Source of the DNA: Oscillospiraceae bacterium
GTDB taxonomy: Bacteria; Bacillota; Clostridia; Oscillospirales; Ruminococcaceae
DNA length: 59,625 nucleotides
NCBI GenBank assembly: GCA_017540225.1
Contig: JAFYBM010000146.1
Coordinates: 1-59,625 of the forward strand
Direction of reading: 5' to 3'
Below the pieces are notes generated by a model. That model saw only the letters and a list, made by a program, of their open reading frames with translations, made no database searches and had not been told where the DNA came from. Of the stretch, positions 9,105 to 17,173 are shown one piece after another. The stretch's first letter is position 1, and each line of letters starts with the position of its first letter. Both the position numbers and the translations under genes were made by a program.

Positions 9105-9908
9105 TCAGCCCCAGATGACCAGCAGCCCCGTTTCATAATTGAGCACCGCGCCGAAGCTGCCGCCCTCGCTTCTGTAAACGACGGCATATGTCAGATCGTC
9201 ATTTATATCCGCACCATTCCGGATTGATTCATAGACCCACTGCGGAATATTCTGATACGCCGCCCAGTCCGCCGAACGGATCTCACCGTTTTCGAGCATC
9301 TCCTGCACCTCTTCCGGTGAATAGCTGCGGTTTTCCTGCCGCTCACAGTCCGGATCACCGGAGAGCTTTTGTTCAAAGGCGCGGAGTGTTTCGGCATCCG
9401 TATGGATAAAAAGATATTCATACGGGTGATAATCCTGCGCGACCATGCCCGGTTCCGTGCGAAAGACATAATCGTCATGCTTCTTCGGGAGAAATGCAGG
9501 CAGGATCGTTCCGCGATAGGGATACGCCTTCACGCCGCACTGGAATACAAAATGCTTGACGGGATACAGCAGCGGCACACGGTCAAACCGGATACAGATA
9601 AGCGGCACCAGCCAGACCGCCGCGAACAGCGTGATGCCGAGCGTGCGCACAATATGCAGCAGCAGCTTGTGTCTGCCGGTACGCGCACAGAGCCGGAATA
9701 CACCGGGAATCACGAACAGGCAGATCACCAGCGCCGGAACGCCGAGCCAGAGCGTCAGGCCGGCTGTCATCATCAAATAGAACACCCCGCCGAGCACCGT
9801 GCCGAGACATCCGAAGCCGCCGATGATTGTATTTGCATTACGCAGATGCCGGCGTTTTTTCTCGATTCGGGCAGCATATTCCGGCTCCGCAATTCGTTTA
9901 TCGTACAT
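9105..9908 (-). CDS. hypothetical membrane-anchored protein (N-terminal TM bundle, soluble C-terminal domain)
   Basis: Start chosen at ATG 9908 (GGGAGG RBS). Has 3-4 TM helices, then about 150 aa of soluble sequence. I recognise no family. Confidence 0.6.
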   Translation of the reverse strand: MYDKRIAEPEYAARIEKKRRHLRNANTIIGGFGCLGTVLGGVFYLMMTAGLTLWLGVPALVICLFVIPGVFRLCARTGRHKLLLHIVRTLGITLFAAVWLVPLICIRFDRVPLLYPVKHFVFQCGVKAYPYRGTILPAFLPKKHDDYVFRTEPGMVAQDYHPYEYLFIHTDAETLRAFEQKLSGDPDCERQENRSYSPEEVQEMLENGEIRSADWAAYQNIPQWVYESIRNGADINDDLTYAVVYRSEGGSFGAVLNYETGLLVIWG

Positions 9909-10010
9909 AGCGGCCTCCCTTGCAAATGCGTGAAGAGTGAACAATGAAGAATTGCGGTGTGCGCTGCGCGCACATATTTCAATCCATCGCCGCAAGGCTA
10001 TACAATAACG

Positions 10011-10045
10011 ATTCACTATTCATTATTCACGATTCTCTATTCACT
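10011..10045 (-). repeat. five tandem heptamers (minus strand GTGAATa GAGAATc GTGAATa ATGAATa GTGAATc)
   Basis: Read directly. Plus strand is ATTCACt ATTCATt ATTCACg ATTCTCt ATTCACt. The last unit contains the TGA stop (10041..10043) of the upstream gene. Confidence 0.85.
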
Positions 10046-10436
10046 GCTTGCCGGTACTTTGCCTCGCAATCAGGATGGCAAGCAGGAGCAGCAGAAATGC
10101 GCCGGGCAGATCAATCATAATCAGCCCGAAGCCGTCCCCTGCCCACGGCCCGCCGTATTCCTTTACATATTCCGGATTGATGCACGCAAACATTCTGCTG
10201 AAAACCGCAATCGGCTCACGCCCCAGAAGAAAGATACCCGGCACATATCCGGCAGCCGCCGCGATGCCGCGGACGGTGCGGGCTGTTTTGCGCTTTGACC
10301 GCAGCAGCAGTACCGACACAATCAGAAACGGAACAGCCGCAAGCGCCGCAAACCAGATGTCTCCGAATGCGATTGCACTCAGCAGCACTGCCAGTGCGCT
10401 GACCGCCAGCCCGATCAGAATATCCGCAATCATCAT
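10041..10436 (-). CDS. hypothetical 4-TM membrane protein (paralog of 10460..10927)
   Basis: Shares blocks with its neighbour: GLAVSALAVLL / GLAVSALSVLF, LLRSKRKTARTVRGIAAAAGY / LLRTPRRSGRIIRGLTALCGF, INPEY...GDG..LI.I..P..FL...LAILIAR. Confidence 0.65.
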   Translation of the reverse strand: MMIADILIGLAVSALAVLLSAIAFGDIWFAALAAVPFLIVSVLLLRSKRKTARTVRGIAAAAGYVPGIFLLGREPIAVFSRMFACINPEYVKEYGGPWAGDGFGLIMIDLPGAFLLLLLAILIARQSTGKQ

Positions 10437-10459
10437 ATTTTTTCATTGTCTCCCTATGT

Positions 10460-10927
10460 TTATGAAGCTGTACGCTGCAAATCGGCGGTCTGCGGGATGC
10501 GCTTTGCCTTTTTCCGCCGGAACGGACGTCTTGCGATCAGAATTGCGGTCAGTGTGATGAGGAATGTGGCAGGGATCACGATGACAATCAGCATAATCCC
10601 GTCACCGATCTCAACGCCGCCGTATGCCGGATTCACCCATTCAAATAACCATTCGGTCAGATCAAATCCATAGGTTAAATCCAGCCGGAGCAGCGGAAGA
10701 AATCCGCAAAGCGCCGTCAGTCCGCGGATGATCCGGCCGGATCTGCGCGGTGTCCGCAGCAGCTTCACTGCTGCAATCAGATAGAACAGCACCGCACCCG
10801 CTGCATAATAATAGCTGTCGCCGTAACCGCCGAGCGCGCTGAACACAACGGCGCAGAACAGTACGGAGAGCGCGCTGACCGCCAGCCCGCAGAGCAGATC
10901 CGCACAGACTGTCAGCAGCGTTTTCAT
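10460..10927 (-). CDS. hypothetical 4-TM membrane protein (paralog of 10041..10436)
   Basis: See the paralog entry. The ATG overlaps the upstream stop (ATGA at 10924..10927). Confidence 0.65.
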   Translation of the reverse strand: MKTLLTVCADLLCGLAVSALSVLFCAVVFSALGGYGDSYYYAAGAVLFYLIAAVKLLRTPRRSGRIIRGLTALCGFLPLLRLDLTYGFDLTEWLFEWVNPAYGGVEIGDGIMLIVIVIPATFLITLTAILIARRPFRRKKAKRIPQTADLQRTAS

Positions 10928-12579
10928 TGTGCTGCCTCTGTGGTCGTGCAGTAATTCTCCAGCTTGCCGTGTCCGGTATCAGTATTGCACTGCTGAATCA
11001 GAATCTGTGCCGTCAGATTCCAGCTTGTATCGGGCTTGGAGTGATACAGATTCGTGCGGACTGTGAGCTGATCCCAGAAATAATCCCATTTTTCTGCATC
11101 AACAAGCGTCTCCGGATGCTTTGCCATGACAACATAGGCATCATCGGAAAGCCCGCAGAGCATATTCACATCGAGATCCGGCAGTGTTTTCTGCTCATAG
11201 CGCATGATATTGTATTCCGCAATGCGTGCATCGGGGCGCGAAAAGCACAGCACACCGAACAGCACAATGAACGAACCGGTCAGAATCGCGGCGGTCGGGA
11301 GCTTTGACACAAACTGCCGCACAAGCAGTACCAGAAATACGACCGTCAGCAGCACCATGAACCATGCCGTATACAGCCGCAGCGAGGTCAGGCCGTAGGC
11401 ATCAATATAGAGCACCATCTTCGCAAGCGCCGTCGCAATGATAAACAGTGTGAACAGGCAGAGCACCACGGCATAGAAGGTCAGCGCCTTCGGGCGGTTT
11501 TTTCCGCCCTTTTTCGCGCAGCCCGTCAGCACAAGAATCACGATCAGATTGATGACTGCAATCGCGCACAGCTCAAAAAAGCCGCGGCGGGCATATTCGG
11601 AATAAATCGTATCCTCCGGCAGATGCCCTGCAAACGCCGAAAGAAAATAGGTCGTCTGCGAGCAGACATAGACAATATAGAGCAGACAGATCGGCGTTAC
11701 GCCGGCATAGAGGCCGAGATTCGGCAGCATACGCAGTCCGGCGAGCTTCTCCTCGTAGACTGCATCCTCCGGCATCGGATTCGGATGCAGCTTTCGCTGT
11801 GCGGCGCTGTAAAGCACCGCAAAGAGCCACAGTCCGACCGGTATGCCGCAGCCCAGCTCAAAGATCGTTTTTGTGACATCGTTTGTCAGGTGATTCAGCG
11901 CATTGTTCAGCAGATGCTCAACGCCGGAATCGGCGCTGGAAAGCAGTGCCGCTACAACGACAGTCAGCGGGATCGTAATCAGCAGGCCGAGCAGCACGGT
12001 TTTCACATTCGTAGCCGCCGAGGATTTCTTCACGGAATCGGAGATTGCCTGCGGACCGGCGCTGAAATGAAACGCCGGTGACGCAAAGACGGAATCACTC
12101 AGATCAAACGGGAAAAAGCGCGAAACAAAACCCTTTTCGCCGCAGACAGCGTGCGTGCGCCAGATGATCGCAAGCATCAGGAAAATAAAATTCAGGCCGT
12201 GCAGCAGGGGATTCGAGGTCAGTGAGAAGACTGTGCTGAATCCGCAGATGACAGCACCGAGAATATGATGAGGCAGCTTCGGCTTGCAGCCTGTTCTGCG
12301 GATATAAACCGCACTGAACAGATACAGCAGCAGAAAAACGCCTGTCGTTACAAAGCCGTCCGCATAGACAACGATATAGCGCATGAACAAAAAGCCCAGC
12401 ACCAGCGAGAGCCATGCGAATACAAGATCATGCGTTTTCAGCTTCCATTCCGGCTTTACAGGACGAGCCTGCACATAAGGATTCACAGACGGATTGCAGA
12501 AAATGAATCCTTCGGATTCGTTCTGCTGAATGGGGGTCTGTGCCGTGTTTTCCGGCTGATTTTTGTCCATTTGTTCCAT
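10924..12579 (-). CDS. large polytopic membrane protein, DUF4153/DUF4173-like
   Basis: Start chosen at ATG 12579 (AAAGGAG RBS). About 12 TM segments followed by a C-terminal soluble domain. The family call is from memory of the architecture and its HTH/DUF2975 neighbourhood. Confidence 0.55.
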   Translation of the reverse strand: MEQMDKNQPENTAQTPIQQNESEGFIFCNPSVNPYVQARPVKPEWKLKTHDLVFAWLSLVLGFLFMRYIVVYADGFVTTGVFLLLYLFSAVYIRRTGCKPKLPHHILGAVICGFSTVFSLTSNPLLHGLNFIFLMLAIIWRTHAVCGEKGFVSRFFPFDLSDSVFASPAFHFSAGPQAISDSVKKSSAATNVKTVLLGLLITIPLTVVVAALLSSADSGVEHLLNNALNHLTNDVTKTIFELGCGIPVGLWLFAVLYSAAQRKLHPNPMPEDAVYEEKLAGLRMLPNLGLYAGVTPICLLYIVYVCSQTTYFLSAFAGHLPEDTIYSEYARRGFFELCAIAVINLIVILVLTGCAKKGGKNRPKALTFYAVVLCLFTLFIIATALAKMVLYIDAYGLTSLRLYTAWFMVLLTVVFLVLLVRQFVSKLPTAAILTGSFIVLFGVLCFSRPDARIAEYNIMRYEQKTLPDLDVNMLCGLSDDAYVVMAKHPETLVDAEKWDYFWDQLTVRTNLYHSKPDTSWNLTAQILIQQCNTDTGHGKLENYCTTTEAAQ

Positions 12580-12601
12580 AATAATCTCCTTTCGCTTTCG
12601 C

Positions 12602-12811
12602 TCATTCATCTTTGACATATTCCAGAACATCGCCCGGCTGACAGTCTAATTCGCGGCAGATCGCCTCCAGCGTTGAGAAGCGCACTGCCTTTGCTTTGTT
12701 ATTTTTCAGGATGGACAGATTCGCGGGCGTGATGTCCACACGCTCGGCAAGCTCTCCCGCGGAGATCTTGCGCTTTGCCATCATCACATCCAGATTGACC
12801 ATGATCGGCAT
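12602..12811 (-). CDS. small XRE/YozG-type helix-turn-helix transcriptional regulator
   Basis: 69 aa; ISAGELAERVDITPANLSILKNNKAKAVRFSTLEAICRELDCQPGDVLEY. About half its residues are identical to the 31226..31441 product. Confidence 0.85.
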   Translation of the reverse strand: MPIMVNLDVMMAKRKISAGELAERVDITPANLSILKNNKAKAVRFSTLEAICRELDCQPGDVLEYVKDE

Positions 12812-12825
12812 CGTCTCCGCTCCCT

Positions 12826-13278
12826 TCAAATGGTATAGTCATTTTCTTCGCGCAGCTTGACGGCTGCTTCCAGCATATTTTTCATAACCCGCAGCAGCAA
12901 ACCCGCAAATGCCGCTGCAAATGCAACAAAAAACGCAAGAAACCGCCAGTACATCAGCACAAACCAGATCAGCGCAACACCGAAGCAGCACCATGCAATC
13001 TTCCGGAAGCAGACTGCATTTTCCGCAATGAAAACCTCCTGCTTTGCAAAGCGGTCGAGCAGCTTTTTGAGCTGCCAGAGCGCCGCTATGCCGAGAATCG
13101 CGCTCAGATACAGCACGATATTGAGCACGACATGGATCGGCTCCTCATCAGAAACGGCATCGTACCACTCCGTGATGACGGGAATGCAGAACAGCGAGGC
13201 CACAGATGTGCAAAGGGATGCGATGGTCAGGGCACGGGAAAGAAACAGGGACTTTTCAGAATTCCATTTGTTATTCAC
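12826..13278 (-). CDS. DUF2975-like membrane protein
   Basis: Start moved to GTG 13278 because AAAGGAG lies 9 nt upstream and the promoter sits just before it. 4 TM segments. Shows the typical pairing with a YozG-type HTH. Confidence 0.6.
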   Translation of the reverse strand: MNNKWNSEKSLFLSRALTIASLCTSVASLFCIPVITEWYDAVSDEEPIHVVLNIVLYLSAILGIAALWQLKKLLDRFAKQEVFIAENAVCFRKIAWCCFGVALIWFVLMYWRFLAFFVAFAAAFAGLLLRVMKNMLEAAVKLREENDYTI

Positions 13279-13309
13279 GGGAACACGCTCCTTTGTGTTT
13301 GTTGCACTT

Positions 13310-13338
13310 AGTATAGCACATATTTTTCTGTTTGTCAA
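13310..13338 (-). promoter_or_regulatory. sigma-70-type promoter, TTGACA-17 nt-TATACT (minus strand)
   Basis: Consensus -35, 17-nt spacer and a near-consensus -10, about 30 nt upstream of GTG 13278. Confidence 0.65.
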
Positions 13339-13413
13339 TAGAAATTTATTGTTTTTCGATATATTTTTCTCGAAAATCAGAATCCGCCTACATCAAAAAG
13401 GGAGAAGTGCCAT

Positions 13414-13809
13414 ATGAAACGCAAGCTGATACTGAAAAAATCGCAGAAAATATTTTTGCTGTGCATATTGCCGTTTGCGGCGGCCGGCGCCCTGCTGCTG
13501 GCTGCGGTGCTGTATCAGCGGTATATCATGCCGTATGTTCCGCCGTGCTATCTGCGCACACTGACAGGATACCGCTGTCCGTCCTGCGGGATGACCCACG
13601 CGGTCTATGCGCTCTGCCGGCTGGATTTTGCGGAGGTGCTGCGGCAGAATGCGATGCTGCTGTTCGGGGTGCTGCTGGGTGTGCTCTATTACGCAGAGCA
13701 ATGGACGCGTGCGCTCGGCTGCCCGAAAAAAATCATTCCGCGGCGCAGCGGCTTCTGGATTGCTGCCCTGATCGGCTGGCTTGCATATACGGTAATCCGG
13801 AATCTGTAG
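13414..13809 (+). CDS. DUF2752-like membrane protein
   Basis: LTGYRCPSCGMTHA motif after the first TM. 131 aa. AAAGGGAGA RBS. Ends in TAG. Confidence 0.65.
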   Translation: MKRKLILKKSQKIFLLCILPFAAAGALLLAAVLYQRYIMPYVPPCYLRTLTGYRCPSCGMTHAVYALCRLDFAEVLRQNAMLLFGVLLGVLYYAEQWTRALGCPKKIIPRRSGFWIAALIGWLAYTVIRNL

Positions 13810-13844
13810 GCAGCGTGCCTTTCCATTTTTTCCGTTTTCACCCA

Positions 13845-13873
13845 TTGCGTTTTTTGTCATAATGTGTTATAAT
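13845..13873 (+). promoter_or_regulatory. sigma-70-type promoter, TTGCGT-17 nt-TATAAT
   Basis: Read directly. About 60 nt upstream of the first gene of the 13937..17040 operon. Confidence 0.6.
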
Positions 13874-13936
13874 ATAGAGTGGTGATTTTTTCACCGTTTC
13901 AGATACATATAAAAACAGGAGCAACAACCGAAAAGG

Positions 13937-14440
13937 ATGATACAAATGCGATTCATAGACCAGCTCAAAGCCGAGGTGCAGATCCACGGGGATATGGAGA
14001 CCGATTTCCGCAGCCGGCGCTATCATCAGGCGCGGAATATCGCTGCCAAATATATCGACATCATCGAGGAACAGGCGCGCATTGCCGCGAGAAACGGCGA
14101 CTATGAGCGCATTGAGGGTCATGCGCTTATCAGCGGCTTCTGCCCGCTCAATGAAAAGGATTTTGATAAGCCCTTTGTGCAGATGGAGCGCAAACGCCGG
14201 TTTGTGACCGGCAAAAAGCAGGAGCTTTATACGCTGACACCGGATAATGAGCTGTTTGAGGTCTTTCTCTCCGCTTTCCGACAGCTCTGCGTGGAGGAGG
14301 ACATCATTTATTTCCCGTTTCAGGCACAGATCCTTGATAAAGACGGCAATATCGGTTATCACACGCTGCCGGTCACGCTGCTGCATCCGAAAAAAGAGAA
14401 GATTCAGGCATTCGGCTTCCCGTATCAGATTGAGTTTTGA
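13937..14440 (+). CDS. hypothetical protein, tandem paralog A
   Basis: 167 aa, soluble. Shares ISGFCPLNEKDFDKPF and a C-terminal AFGFPYQIEF with the next gene. The start could instead be ATG 13946. Confidence 0.6.
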   Translation: MIQMRFIDQLKAEVQIHGDMETDFRSRRYHQARNIAAKYIDIIEEQARIAARNGDYERIEGHALISGFCPLNEKDFDKPFVQMERKRRFVTGKKQELYTLTPDNELFEVFLSAFRQLCVEEDIIYFPFQAQILDKDGNIGYHTLPVTLLHPKKEKIQAFGFPYQIEF

Positions 14441-14456
14441 AAGGAGCGCAGAGGAT

Positions 14457-14996
14457 ATGGAATCTCAGTTCATGAGAAAGCACCCTGCCTCGGCCGAAGC
14501 AGACAATGACTTTGCGGCTTCGCTCCGCAGAGATGCAGATTCACATACATCCAAACAGATCAATCTGCAAAGCATCCATTTTCAGCAGGGACGTGAAATC
14601 GCGCAGACCTATGTTAATATGATGAAAAGCTATGCGCGGCTGGATGCACAGTCCGGACGGTATGACCGCACCGGAAACGATCTGGTCGTCAGCGGCTTCT
14701 GCCGGATTGAAGAACATCATTTTGACAAGCCGCTCCTGACACGGAAACGAAAGCAAAGCTTCTGGACGGCTCAGTGGCACGTTACCGCTGCACTCAAAAA
14801 ACCGCAGAGCGATCTGTTTGATGCATTCTGCACAAGCTTTGCGGAATTCTGCAAAGCGGAGCATATTGAGATCGGAACGCTCTGTGCCCTCGTCCGCACA
14901 AAGGACGGCAAGCTGGAACAGCGTCCGTTCCCGGTTGAAACAACGCTTCCGGAATATCTGGAGGCAATCGGTTTTCCCTATCAGATTCAGTTCTGA
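14457..14996 (+). CDS. hypothetical protein, tandem paralog B
   Basis: Start at ATG 14457 (AAAGGAG RBS). Has VSGFCRIEEHHFDKPL and a C-terminal AIGFPYQIQF. Confidence 0.6.
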   Translation: MESQFMRKHPASAEADNDFAASLRRDADSHTSKQINLQSIHFQQGREIAQTYVNMMKSYARLDAQSGRYDRTGNDLVVSGFCRIEEHHFDKPLLTRKRKQSFWTAQWHVTAALKKPQSDLFDAFCTSFAEFCKAEHIEIGTLCALVRTKDGKLEQRPFPVETTLPEYLEAIGFPYQIQF

Positions 14997-15020
14997 TGTT
15001 CAGTATTTGGAGGTTATTTC

Positions 15021-16250
15021 ATGTCAGCACGGTTCACTCCGGAAATGAAAAAAACGCATACCATTCTTGTGCCGGATATGCTTCCGGTACATTTTCAGCT
15101 TCTCATCAGCATTCTGAAGCCTTACGGCTACAACTGTGTGCTGCTGCGGACAGCAAGCCGCGCCGTGGTTGATGAGGGACTGAAGAATGTGCATAACGAT
15201 ACCTGCTATCCGGCGCTGCTGGTCATCGGACAGTTCATGGAGGCGCTGAAATCCGGCCGCTATGACCCGAACCGTACAGCCCTGCTCATTACGCAGACCG
15301 GCGGCGGCTGCCGTGCTTCCAATTATATCCATCTGCTGCGCAAGGCACTCACGGAGCAGTTTCCGCAGGTGCCGGTCATCTCGCTGAATTTCTCCGGCCT
15401 CGAAAAGGATCCGAAATCCGGCTGGCAGATGACGCCCGCGATCTTCCTGAAATTCCTCTATGCGGTGCTATACGGCGACCTGCTGATGCTGGTTTCCAAT
15501 CAGTGCCGCCCTTATGAGATGCTGAAAGGCGCGACGGACAAGGTGCTCCGGAAATGGCAGAAAAAGCTCGAAAAAGCCTTCCGCAGCCGCGAATTTCTGC
15601 ATACAAAGCGCATTTACCGCCGCATTCTCAATGATTTCGCCGCGATTCCGCGCACGGCCCGCAATAAGGTTCGGGTCGGCATCGTCGGTGAGATCTACGT
15701 CAAATATTCGCCGCTCGCAAATAACCATCTGGAGGATTATCTGCTCTCGGAGGGCTGCGAGCCTGTGATTCCGTCGCTGCTGGAATTTGTCATGTACTGC
15801 GCGATCAGCACGGCAGTTGACGGAAAGATTTATCATTTTCTTGATAAAAACGTGCTTTACAACGGCCTCGGCTACAAGCTGATCTATGCGATGCAGAAGC
15901 AGCAGATCAATGCGGTGAAAGCGCACGGCGTCTTTGATCCGCCGCATGATTTCGAGCATCTGCGCGCCTGTGCCGACAAATATATCCATCAGGGCGTCAG
16001 CATGGGCGAGGGCTGGCTTATTACCGCGGAAATGGCCGCACTGGTCGAATCCGGAACGGAAAATATCATCTGCACACAGCCCTTCGGCTGTCTGCCGAAT
16101 CATATCGTTGCAAAAGGCATGATGCGCGTCATCAAAAATGCATATCCGGAGGCAAATATCACGGCGATCGACTATGACCCCGGTGCTACGCGTGTCAATC
16201 AGGAAAACCGTGTCAAGCTGATGCTTGCAAACGCCAGAAAGCCGGTATAA
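15021..16250 (+). CDS. 2-hydroxyacyl-CoA dehydratase-like / activase-related protein (no ATPase domain)
   Basis: Blocks HNDTCYPALLVIGQ, ITQTGGGCRASNYIHLLRKAL, GEIYVKYSP and ICTQPFGCLPNH. These are typical of the non-ATPase module found fused to BcrAD/HgdC-type activases. Confidence 0.65.
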   Translation: MSARFTPEMKKTHTILVPDMLPVHFQLLISILKPYGYNCVLLRTASRAVVDEGLKNVHNDTCYPALLVIGQFMEALKSGRYDPNRTALLITQTGGGCRASNYIHLLRKALTEQFPQVPVISLNFSGLEKDPKSGWQMTPAIFLKFLYAVLYGDLLMLVSNQCRPYEMLKGATDKVLRKWQKKLEKAFRSREFLHTKRIYRRILNDFAAIPRTARNKVRVGIVGEIYVKYSPLANNHLEDYLLSEGCEPVIPSLLEFVMYCAISTAVDGKIYHFLDKNVLYNGLGYKLIYAMQKQQINAVKAHGVFDPPHDFEHLRACADKYIHQGVSMGEGWLITAEMAALVESGTENIICTQPFGCLPNHIVAKGMMRVIKNAYPEANITAIDYDPGATRVNQENRVKLMLANARKPV

Positions 16251-16275
16251 ACCGGCCGTATGATCGGAGAAGAAA

Positions 16276-17040
16276 ATGCATTCGCAGGGAACAGTAAAAA
16301 ACAAGGTCTCCCGAACAAGGAAAACATATACGCTGCAGCTTGTTCTGCGCTGTATGGTGCTGATCGGCTGCATCCTGCTGCTGATTTTTGACCGCTCGCA
16401 GCTCAAGGTGCTGGAGGGCTGGAATTTCTTCCGGCATTTTTCACTGCTGCATCTGCTCTGGCTGACATGGATGCTTGATATGCTCTGGCAGATTGTGCCG
16501 GTCAAAAAGCGGCTGATTATTGCGCTCGGCTCGCAAAAGCATTTCAAATTCCGCTTTCAGCCGCCGGAAAAGGAAAATTTCAGCTATCAGGCGCTGCGCC
16601 GTCACATTATTGATACAACAAAATCCGCATACAAGGTTTTCGGAATCTGGGCTGCGGCCGTGGCGCTGATTTCGCTGCTGCGGATCTGGGGCGTGCTGAA
16701 TAATGAGGCACTGTTCATGATTACGATCGTATTTTATGTCTGCGATCTGATCTGCGTGCTGATCTGGTGCCCGTTCCGGCTGATTGTCAAGGCGAAATGC
16801 TGCACGACCTGCCGGATTTTCAACTGGGATCACCTGATGATGTTTTCTCCGCTGCTGACGGTCGGCGGGTTCTACTGCGGCACGCTGCTGCTGATGGCAT
16901 TTGCGGACTGGCTGCTCTGGGAGCTGTGTATCATGATGTATCCGGAGCGGTTCTGGGAAAATTCCAATGCGGCGCTGCGCTGTGCAAACTGCACGGACAA
17001 GCTCTGTACGCAGTACTGCGGCAAGAACAATGAACAATAA
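16276..17040 (+). CDS. hypothetical Cys-rich polytopic membrane protein
   Basis: About 5 TM segments. Cys clusters are KAKCCTTCRIFNWDH and CANCTDKLCTQYC. GGAGAAG RBS. Confidence 0.6.
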   Translation: MHSQGTVKNKVSRTRKTYTLQLVLRCMVLIGCILLLIFDRSQLKVLEGWNFFRHFSLLHLLWLTWMLDMLWQIVPVKKRLIIALGSQKHFKFRFQPPEKENFSYQALRRHIIDTTKSAYKVFGIWAAAVALISLLRIWGVLNNEALFMITIVFYVCDLICVLIWCPFRLIVKAKCCTTCRIFNWDHLMMFSPLLTVGGFYCGTLLLMAFADWLLWELCIMMYPERFWENSNAALRCANCTDKLCTQYCGKNNEQ

Positions 17041-17044
17041 ACTG

Positions 17045-17076
17045 AGGCGCTCTGCGATTGCAGGGCGCCTTAGTTT
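17045..17076 (+). terminator. hairpin after the four-gene operon
   Basis: aggcgc-tctgc-gatt-gcag-g-gcgcct, followed by tagttta. The T-tract is weak. Confidence 0.45.
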
Positions 17077-17173
17077 ATCATATAGACCGATGCAAAATGC
17101 TTTTTCGTATTGCGGATTGAACCGTATATTCTCCGCAAAAACGGGCAGAATCTGCATGAAAAGAGGTGCTTTC

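Noticed and set aside
10011-10045. A CRISPR-like or minisatellite array.
   Set aside because: It has only five 7-nt units with no spacers. No other periodic repeat-spacer structure occurs anywhere in the window, and no cas genes are present.
8022-13400. A classical genomic island integrated at tRNA-Thr.
   Set aside because: There is no integrase or recombinase and no visible repeat of the tRNA 3' end. The region has the same G+C-rich composition and codon style as the core genes. It is kept only as a check under the operon finding.
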